Positions 53,700 to 64,000 of a DNA stretch of 64,000 nucleotides are shown here, in pieces. Location of the stretch: assembly GCF_009914755.1 (NCBI RefSeq), contig NC_060930.1. One strand, given 5' to 3'. A program made the position numbers and the translations under genes. The notes under the pieces were generated by a model. The model was not told the origin of the DNA and searched no databases. It saw only the letters and a program-made list of their open reading frames with translations. Each line of letters starts with the position of its first letter. Position 1 is the stretch's first letter. Source of the stretch: the human T2T-CHM13v2.0 reference genome, Homo sapiens.

Positions 53700-54610
53700 T
53701 ATTTTTATTTTACAGACTTTAGTGAGTTTAGATGAGTTTTAGTTTCATAGCAAAATTGCAAAGAAGAAATAGACATTTCCCATATCCCCCTTACCTTCAC
53801 ACATGCACAGTCTCCCTTATTATCAATATCCCCCACCAGAATGGCACATTTTTTACATTTTAGGGACCTACATTGACACATCATGATCACCCAAAGTCCA
53901 TAATTTACATAAGGTTCACTCTTGGTGTTGTACACTCCATGGTTTTGGACAAATGTATAATGGATTGTGTCACAATATATAAATTTATGGGCTCTGACAA
54001 ATGTACAATAACATGTATCCATTATTATAATGTACAGAATAATTTCACTGCCATAAAACATTTTTTATGCTTCATCTACTCATTCCTTCATTGCTCATAA
54101 TCTCTGGCAACCACTGATCTTTTTATTGTCTCCATAGTTTTGCCTTTTCCAGAATGTTTTATAGTTGGAATCCTACAATATGTGGCTTTTCATATTAGCT
54201 TCTTTTGCTTAGTAACATGTATTGAAGTTTCCTCTAAAAGTCTTTTCAGGGTTTGATAGCTCATTTCTTTTTAGTGCTGAATAATATTCCATTGTCATGG
54301 AGTAACACAGTTTATTTATCCATTCACCCACTAAAGGACATCTTGGTTAGCAATTATGAATAAAGCTGATATAAACATCCATGTGCAGTTTCTGTGTGGA
54401 CATAAGGTGGATATCAAGTAGTGCGAGTGTTGAATTGTATGGTAAGAGTATGTTTAGTCTTGTAAGAAACTGCCAAACTGCTTTCCAGCACCACCGTACA
54501 ATTTTGCATTCCCACCAGCAATGCATAAAGGTTCCTGTTACTCCACATCCTTGCCAGAATTTTGTGTCACTGTTCTGAATTTTTGTTATTCTAATAGGTG
54601 TGTAGTGGCT
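53700..54610 (-). mobile_element. L1MB/L1MC-type 3' end
   Basis: AATATCCCCCACCAGAATGGCACATTT...GGTTCACTCTTGGTGTTGTAC...TTTGCCTTTTCCAGAATG...CATTCCCACCAGCAATG. Confidence 0.85.
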
Positions 54611-56199
54611 TGCATCATATTTTAATACTTAAGCAGGAACTGAAGCGCCCAGGAAACCGTAGACTGTAAGAAATAACAGATTTACAGGGGTTCAATAAAT
54701 TGAGGAAACCATAATTTCACAAGTGAAGTGTTACAAATGAACAGCAAAAAATTTCACAGCAATACTTATTTTGAATAACAGCATAAACGATCTTATCTAA
54801 TATAACTGGACCCACTAATTAGTTTGCAATTTTTTTGTTTGCATAAAACAGTAAAGGTACATAGACATAAATTGTAATTTAAGTATTTCATTGTAATTAA
54901 TTATAAAATAAAACATATACATAAATATACATTTAATAAGATTAAATTTTCTCTTGTTTAAAAGACAAATGATTTTCACATCATAGGTCCTTCACTTATT
55001 TATCATAATATTAGTGACTGCAGATTTAATCCTTTCTAAATGTAACAATAAAATATGTGGAGGACATCTTCGACTTCTAAAAATTCAATTTTTAAAATTC
55101 TGGACTTGATTCTGCTTTCATTATAATAATCAATATACCAAACTTTTCTTGGAAAAGTGATTTTATGCTAATGCCACAGTATAAACAATGTCTTTACTGG
55201 AGAAGAATTTTGATTACGTTCAGATCTAGATATTGGTCTTAAATTTATCTTTCCCAAAACATAAGTCAAACTTCTGTCTAAGTTACTTCTTTAAGTATTC
55301 TAACATTTCTTCAATTAGACTGCATGAGGGGTTATAAATAAGTCCTTTATTTTGCTGTCTTTATAATCCTCAAAATTGGTCTGGAAGCCATATTATCTAG
55401 GTTTAAAGTTTTTTCAGTTAAGAATTCCATTGTGTTTTTATTTATCATGCATTTTCAGAAAAATGAAACTTTAAATCAGAGTCAATTCATGTAAGTTTTT
55501 ATGACTCTTAATATACTTGTATAGAATAATTTGTATCTTATTACATTTTATAATTTTTTGAATAGCCAATAATAAGAGGCAACAGCTTTTGAAGTTCAGT
55601 TGTATTGTCCTAGGCAACTAGTGTGGTTTTTTCATTAATGTTTTTCCTATCTTGTTATGTATGTTCTACTTTTTGCGGGGACCAAATTATAAATATAACT
55701 TGTAGCTATTTTATTTATATAGCAGAGATGCTCTGAAGTCAATATTTTCTTGGTAAAATTTTAAAATAATATTATAAATTTTGAGCAACAGGTTTATTAG
55801 TGGATAATTTGGCCACTGTCATGCTCAGTATATAAATATTGTAAGGATTTTTCTCCCTAAATTCAAACCGTCTATCATTTGCTGTAATTTTTTTGTGTTT
55901 CAAGTCTTTTCATGGAGGAAAGAAGCCTTTCTTAGTATTGGTCTTCAAAGTAGAATTTAACTTCTTTTTTTTTTTTTTTTCATAAACCACCCCATAACAC
56001 AACCTTTAGCATTTCCAATTTTATTTCTTTTTGGGGGAACGATTACTTTGAAGTCAGAATTTTCAACTGCTGAGATGTTTTTTCCCGGTGATTTTGTAGT
56101 TGAGCACCCATATCTAATTCAGTAGCAAGAAGAATAGTCTTTAAAGAAAAATATCTCTACAGGAAACTAAAAGAAGAATATCTAGAAAAATGTAGCTAT

Positions 56200-57345
56200 G
56201 TAACTGTTAAAATGAGCTTTTGCTCATTATTAAGTTAGCTAACTTCCTTAATGGTATTTAAGAAGATTTAGATATTTAGATATTAAGAACATAAATCCTA
56301 AGAACAAAAATAACTTGGAGAAAGGGTAAAGTGCTCATATAAAGTGAAGCTCAATTTGAAAAAATAGTTGGAAACAAACAAAAAAACCATAGTAGTAAAG
56401 GCAGTCAATATGAAACCTAAGACTCTCAAAAAGTTGGAATGTGAATATAGAAGATGCATTTGTGAAATGTTCCTGAAAAAGAATGTGGAAAGAAGATTAG
56501 GTATATGATAAACAGAGAAGAGAGATACTATATTGACAATAACTTTTTCTGAAAGGAGAGACCAGCACAGATGAAACAGATGGGATAATTTAATACATAT
56601 TGAGTGGAAATATTCTAAACTAAAGAATAAAATGCTATGTATGCAAATTGAAAAGTTTACAACTATATACTAGGAAAAATCAATGTCAAGTCCCAAAATG
56701 GAGATTTTACATTACAGTGGACCAAGCAAATATTACATGATACCAACAAAGGCAGAAGAAAAACCCTATCTTTAGACTTCTTCATTATTAGAAGATGTTT
56801 TGAAACATGAGATTAAGGAGAGGGATTAAAATTGGCCAGCTAAGAAAACTTCCTATAAATCTATAGTAATTTAAAAATCATGGAAGAAAATCAGCCCCAA
56901 AGTCTATTAGCCCATTCACATAAATACATGCATTTAGTAAACAATAAATATGATCTCTCAAATCACTAGAAAAGATGTCGGAATAACTGATTAACCAAAA
57001 TGAGTACTAGAAGAAAACATAATTTATAATTTCGTAAACTTGGATTATGGAAGGATTTGAAGTTACAAATAATTCCACAAGAAACTATAAAAAGCTATAT
57101 AATCTACTATGTTGAATATAGTAAAACTTCCTAGAAGGTAAAAGAAAATATAAAGAAACAACTAAAAATATAGTACATATGCCAAGCAGAAAGGCAATAA
57201 TGAAAATTACATATAAATCAATATGTAAAAGACAAATGCTCTAATAGAGAAAGATGAAAGGAAATGAACAGTCAGTATACACCTATATTAAGTCAAAACA
57301 TGTACAAATTTCAATCTAATTGCTAAATATATAAAACTAAAAATT
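56200..57345 (+). mobile_element. Very old L1 (L1ME-like) fragments; appears to resume at ~59590-60120
   Basis: A-rich degenerate L1 ORF1/ORF2-like text. Confidence 0.45.
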
Positions 57346-57354
57346 ATAGCTTAG

Positions 57355-59580
57355 GATTTTGTTGACATCAGCAACATGGTGATATAGGAGGCCCTGGGCT
57401 TCACTCCCCCACATAGAAAGATCAGCTAGCTACTATCCACGGACAAAAATACTTTGGTGAAAACCCTCAAATGTGGGAAGAAGTCTGAGTGGCCTGCATG
57501 TTCCACAGAACTGAATAAAAATTAACATTGAAAGGATGGACAAATGGCCTTGCTTTGACCATATTGCCCCTTCCCCTACCTCAAGTCGGCACAGCACCAC
57601 AAAGAAGATTCCTTAGGGCCCACAGTTTCTACAGTGGGAAAAGAGGAACAGGAAGGTGGACTTCCAGCTTCCCTAGAATTCCAAGATGCTTCACAGCTTA
57701 CTCTGTTGTCATCTCACAAAGAATGTAGGAATGCAGGGCTAGACTGCCTAGTGGGGGTGGGGATGGGGCGGTTAGACAGAAACAAAGCAAGAAGGCAGAG
57801 CCTATAGTGACCCTTGCACAGATTTTGGTGATAGCTCCTTATCCCTGCCAGCGGTGATGCATGATCACAGGTACCAGCTAACAGCATACCTCCCCAACAA
57901 AGCTGAGCTAGCTGTTTCCAGCAGAGGTGGGAAGAGTTAATTGCCTTGCATCCCTAGATGACCAGCTTCCAGGCCCAGCCTCAGACACTAACCTAGAGCC
58001 CTGCTCAGGGAAGGAGAAGACCCCACAGTGAACTTTCACAAAAAGAAGGCAGAACACCTAGGCCAATGGAACAGGACAGAAAACCTAAAAATGAACCCAC
58101 GCATCTATGGTCAATTGATTTTCAACAGAGGAGCTATGAATATACAGAGAGAAAGGATTTTTTTTTTTCAATAAATAGTGTTGGGAAAACTGGATATTCA
58201 TATGCAAAATAATAAAATTGGACCCTTATCTCACACCATATGCAAAAATCAACTCAAAATGTATTTAAGACTGGAATATGATATCTAAAACTGTAAAACT
58301 GTTAGAAGGAAACCTAGGAGAAAATCTACACAACAATGGCCTGGGCAATGAATTTTAGATGTGACCCCAAAAATGCCGGCAACAAAATTAAAAAATAGAC
58401 AAATGAGATTACATCAAAATTGGAAGCTTCACTACACAGCAAAAGAAACAATTAACAGAGTGAAGCGATAACCTATGGATTTAGGAAAATATAATTGTAA
58501 GCCATATATGTCTGATAAGAGATTAAATCCAAAATAAATAAGGAGCTCAAACATCTCTAGAAAAAGAAAACCAATAATCCAATTAAGAAATGACCTGACA
58601 TAAGAAGAGACCTGAACAGACATTTCTCAAAGAAGAAATATGAATGGCTAACAGATACATGAAAAAATGGTCAATATCACTAATCATTAGAGAGATGCAA
58701 ATTAAAGCCACAATAAGATATTGCCTCATACCTGTTAGAATGGCTATTATCAAAAAGACAATAAGAAAACAAATGTTGGTGAGGATGTAGAGAAAAGGAA
58801 ACACTTTACACTGTTAGTGGAAATGTAAATTAATACAGTAATTATGGAAAACAGCATGGAGCTTCCTCAAAAAACTAAAAAAAGAAATTCTATATGATCC
58901 TGCAATCCCACTTCTAGATATTTAACCAAAAGATTTGAAATCAGTATGTCAGAGATATCTGCACTCTCATGTTCATTGAAGCAGTATTCACAATAGCTAA
59001 GTTATAGATTCAACCTAAGTGTCTGTCAACAGATGAATGGATAAAGAAAATGTGAGGTATATTAACAATGAAAGGTTATTCAGCCTTTAAAAATAAAGAA
59101 ATTCTATTACTTGGGACAACATGGATGGAATTGGGGAGCATTATCCTAAATGAAATAAGCTGAACACATAAAGACAGATACCACATGTTCTCACTTATAT
59201 GTGGAATCTAAAACATTTAAATTCACAGAAGCAGAGAGTGGTATGGTAGGAATATTATCAGAGGCTGGGGAAAGAGAGGGGATGGAGAGATAGTATGAGT
59301 ACAAAGCCTAAATTAGGAGGGATAAGTTTGATTATTTTTTTGAGATCTGTTGCAGAGAGTGATGAATATAGCTAAAATTAGTACTATACATTTTAATATC
59401 TCTAAGAGTAAATTAGAAATGTTCTCATCACAAAAAATGTAAAATATTTGAGGTGATTCATATATTAATTGGTTTGATTAAATCATTCCACATGGTATTA
59501 AAAATCATAACATCACTTTGTACTCCTTAAATGTCTAAAACTATAATGCAATACATAATTTTAAAAAACAAACAAAAAAC
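57355..59580 (+). mobile_element. L1M/L1MA composite: 5'UTR (~57355-58045) joined to ORF2 C-terminus and 3'UTR
   Basis: TGACATCAGCAACATGG 5' motif; ORF2 from GGCCAATGGAACAGG; 3'UTR GTTCTCACTTATATGTGGAATCTAAAA...CATAACATCACTTTGTAC; A-rich tail. Confidence 0.88.
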
Positions 59581-62529
59581 ACAATAGTTTCCACTTTCTG
59601 CCTATATGGAAGTACCCAATGTTTCTGAGGCTTTTTGCCAGTATGAACTTTTATACTTTCTTTGGATCTTTGAATGAGCACAAAATTTTTGGATGATTGG
59701 TAGTAAGTGTTATTAGATTTACAAGTACACTTTGGCCCAGTGAATCTAATTCCAGGAATTTGCTTTAAGGAAACATTTTAATAAGAGTACAATGTTACAT
59801 ATTTAAGAATATTTATTGTAGCATTGCTAGAGATAGCAATCTATATAGTTCTATAGTTCTAGTTAAATATACCATGAGATTACCTTCAAGTGAAATATTA
59901 TCCAACTATTTAAAATGTCAATTTGAATGTATGTTTTTTGATATGGGAAGATGATTACAAGACAACTTTTAATGTAACAAAAAATGTGCAAATCTCTATA
60001 AAATTTAACTTCATTTTTGAACAGTATTATATGTGTCTAAATGCATAGAAAAACTTACAAAGTAAAAACAATAGCATTTTCAGTAAGATTTTACTTTTAA
60101 TTTTTACTTTTATATTTTTTCATATTGCTTCCATATTTTTCTACTGAAATATGCTTTTTTTTGAACACGTATTATTTGTACAACCAAAAAATTGAAAGGA
60201 TTTTCAAAATGTTAAATTATAAGACAAATGTGAATGGATCATAACATTCACATGGGAAAGGTTTTTCCCAAATTTAGGATGTAACTCTAGAATTGAGCAG
60301 CAATAGCTGTGACATTTTCAGAAGCTCAGAAATCTGAGCTGGCCCCCAATAAAGAACACCATCTGGCTATGGCTTTGTTAGAGGTTTTCTTTTCGATTAC
60401 ATTTTCTGTCATTTTTGCATAAAAATGCTTCTCTCAGTGCATTTCAAGCACGTGTTTGGAAGGTTCTATGTTGGGTTGCATTCAGCCCATTTAGCCGTAT
60501 TGTGCAGGCATTTAGTAGTAAGCTTTAGGCACTTAGGCAGGTGTGTTTTTGACTTAAATACTAAAAGAGATGAGGTGATATGAACAGGGCAGGCAGCTTG
60601 ATTGTCATGACCTAAGGCCTGGAACACATCCCTGGAAACAGACAGAATACTGCTGAACATGAGGAAGTGTCTTTTTTACTCTCTTTCTTTGGCTTGCTGA
60701 TTGCCTGTGTGAATGTGCAATCAGATATTTCAATTCCTATTCTGCAGGTCTGGTTTGGCTTTTGTAAGACAGCTTTAAGATATAATATTTTGGCCATATA
60801 TGTCTGAATTCATTGCTGAGCTAACAATATATAAATGTGGGTTTTTTTTCTTTCGGCATTTGACATTTCGCATTACTCATTAAGAGAACTGATATAAGGC
60901 AGAGGTCGTTTATAATAGCAGAAAACAATTTCTGCTATTATAAAGAGCAGAATTTCTGCCAAAATTCTAGTAAGACTGCCACCCATTTTGAAATAGGAAA
61001 GCATTCATTTTACAGCACACGAGTAAGTGATGAATATATGCAGGACTTTTCCACACCAAAATGCTTTATGTGGAAGCTGTTACTTTGAAATTCAGCTGCT
61101 GTGAGACTTTCCTCCACTTTTTGGATTGAACGAATATGACACACTTTCACAGAATTCACTCTAGGAATGTTAATAGTCTTTCTATGTGACCATTATGTGC
61201 TTTCTAATGCTTTTCTGTAACAATGTCATCAGGAACCTCTATTTTCCTACCTTACATATTTCAGTCAGTAGTGCAACAATCTGTTGCTCAAAAGTTGTCA
61301 TAATAACTTCCTACATTAATATCCTGGTTAAGCATTTATACAAGCATCAATAATTACTATAGCTAAGGCCAAATACTTGCTGATTGACACGATGGTATTT
61401 AATTAGAGTCAACTGGGTCAGCAGGGTACTTAATAGCACCAGTTACCCATCATCATCATCCTTATGCTTGGAATGAGAAAAAAAGTGATTCGAAAGAGAG
61501 AAGTAAGGGGTAGTTTAAGGGGAATCTGGCAGAAATCTTAAAAAATACATTTTGAAAAGGAATTTGAAGGCAGCACATTTTGCTCAGATTCGTCATAGTC
61601 AAAGAGTCAAAGAGTTTTTATGGAAAACCTTCAAGTGGAATGGGCATTTGTGCGGTGTGGTGTTCTACTTTGCGTTAGATGTTGTGGCCTTTGTAAATCC
61701 ATTACTGGCATCAAATGGCAGAAAAATGTCTGTCTCACATTGTGTAGAGGAAAAATTATTAGTGAAACATTTTGATATTACTTTAGGGTGCATTTGCAAG
61801 AGGAAAGCAAATAATCTTAGTTTTAGCTGTGCTTTATTGAGCAGAGCAGAGGGTGAAATCATTGGCATGGTGGTTTACTGGGCTTACGGGAAAAAGGGAA
61901 AATGTGTTGCAGGCGTAGCATAGGCAGTATATTTGTCATCACTCTTTCTTCCTATTTCCCACTAACAACTATTCAGAAGCAAAGATAATAGAAATGGAAT
62001 TTGGACCTTGAAAGATGACTAACTGTAGAACTCACAGTTTATGTCCAATGGAAATCACAGGACTTGGTAGGCCTGCTTGCAAATTGTAAGGCTACTTCTA
62101 AGCATTGTGGAATGAAATAGGCAGGAAAGGTGACACTGGCTACAATTTAAGGTTTTCTCTAGTTATGCCTACACATATGGTGTGGTTGATTCCATGGCAA
62201 ATTTACAGGTAGTATTTTATTATGATTTTCTAGAATTCATATTTTTTAAATACCTCTTTTTATTCTCCATCCAAACACCTCTTTTTGATTTAGTTGCCCT
62301 GCTATTTATGTACAAGAAACAACTGACAAGAGACATGGAAAGCTGTCATTTTGGAGTACAGAAAAGGGATGTTAATAGAGTCTTCTTTCCTGTCATTTTA
62401 TTTGTTTCTTAATTAAATGTGTGTGTATGTGCACATGTGTGTATAGATATATGATTGCTTTGTAATTCAAAGGTAAGAGTGTGAAGGGCAAAAATACTTT
62501 TATTCTTCTAGATTTCATCTGGGCATGCG

Positions 62530-63140
62530 TATTTTTATACAACAAATGCCCACAAAAGTCTAACAAACTTAGTGTCTTAAAACAAAACACGTTTATTATG
62601 TCCCGATTCTGTAGGTCTGTAGTCCTGGAATGACAAGACTGGATCCTCTGCCCAGAGTCTCACAAGGCTGAAATTAAACAGCTGGTAAAGCCGTATTCTT
62701 TTTTGGAGCTCAGGGTTCTCTTCCACATTCACGTGGGCTTGGCAGAATTTAGTTCCTTGCAGTTGTAGGGTTGTAGGTTCCCACTGTTCTTGTTGGCTGT
62801 TGGCCAGGGGCTGCTTTCAGCTCCTAGAAGCCACACAATTCCCTAATCTTTGGCCTCTCCACATCACAGGACTTCTTGTCTTCAAGGCCAACAGGAAAAT
62901 CTCATTCATGCTTTCAATGGCTCCATTTTTAAAGGTTCCTGTCTGATTAAGTCAGGCCAACCTAGATGATAGTATTTTGATAAAATCAGAATCAAATGGT
63001 TTGCTGCCTTACTCTGCAAAATCTCTTTGCCATATAATATGTCGCAATCGTGCCCATTCTCAACAGGAGGAAATTACACAGAATGTGTATACCAGGGGGA
63101 TGTGAATCTTAGGAGCCACCTTAGAATTCTGCCTATTATA
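62530..63140 (-). mobile_element. MLT1D-like MaLR solo LTR
   Basis: AAACTTAGTGTCTTAAAACAA...GTCTCACAAGGCTGAAATTAA...GGCAGAATTTAGTTCCTTGCAGTTGTAGG...CTTAGAATTCTGCCTA. Confidence 0.85.
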
Positions 63141-64000
63141 GCATGGTTTTTAAAACTCCACAAAAATCTAGGATGGGAAGACTAGAGAAGGAGCTGTGAG
63201 TCTGTATGTCCAGATTTAGTGGATTTTATTAAAATAAATCAACACCAAAAAGAAAGCTTTGGGGTCCAAGTAATTTTTTGACAGGTTGTCAGTGAGAACT
63301 GTACAATTCATGAAAACAGACAGAAATTTCAGGATTAGATAGGAAGCAAAAGCAATCAATCAAACAAACAAACAAAATATATTCTAGAGTTGTTTAAAAC
63401 AATATATTCAATCTACCCTGGCATAAAAAAACCTGCTATATTTTAAAATGGTTATCTTTTTACTTTTTTCATTTTAAACCATCAGACATTATTTGATTAA
63501 TAACTATAATGACCAGCTTGTTCTCTTTTTAAACATATCATGATAAACTTATCACATGATATCTTGTATTCACAGGGAAGACAAACATTTTAATGATAGT
63601 GTTGAAAAGATTAGACATACATACCCAAAAATGACATTGCCCAATTTGTATTTCAAGTAACTTGTCTACACAGAAAAGATGGGAACAGAGGTGGGGTGGG
63701 AGCTATATGAAAGGAAGAATTTGCAAATTTAATTGATTTTTTTCTCTTGTTGTATGTAGAGCAAGTTGGCATTCACTTAATAATTATACTTTCTTCTTTC
63801 AACAGTAAGTCACCTTGCAGTCCATTATTCTGTAGTTTAAATAATTCCAATTCAATTAAGCTCCCTCTGTAACGCCTGTTGTCCAACTATTTAATAGCTT
63901 TCATTTCTTCTCCTCTAAATTTAAGTTTTTCTAGATGACTTTAAAACATTAGAATGTCAGCATTACGGTATAGTCTATTAGACATATGGAAGTTTTGTAA

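Noticed and set aside
63785-63812. TTTCTTCTTTCAACAGTAAGT as a recursive splice site
   Set aside because: AG and GT share one G, whereas a recursive site needs AG|GT

Overview
AT-rich primate genomic DNA. It is almost certainly human, because it carries an AluYa5 with all five diagnostic bases. I cannot name the locus. I found no credible intact protein-coding gene, tRNA, rRNA or CRISPR array. The recognisable ORFs in the track are repeat read-throughs (Alu, L1 ORF2, Tigger1 transposase) and the rest look like chance ORFs. Much of the window is interspersed repeat: 10 Alus, several L1s (two long 5'-end-containing copies on the minus strand), two MER11 (HML-8/ERVK) solo LTRs with 6-bp TSDs, a full-length Tigger1, two Tigger3-type elements, a decayed class III (ERV-L-like) proviral internal region, MaLR LTRs, and old L2/MIR/CR1 pieces. 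The most notable observations are: an ERV-L-like pol lacking the RT core, a ~136-bp x6 monomer array in an old L1 5' region, several templated fold-back hairpin insertions, a cluster of MiT/TFE-type E-boxes, a ~2.3-kb repeat-free enhancer-like block, and a strong minus-strand bias of retroelements that hints at a + strand host intron. I did not find evidence for a new biological system. Subfamily names come from my recall of consensus sequences and need RepeatMasker/Dfam confirmation.
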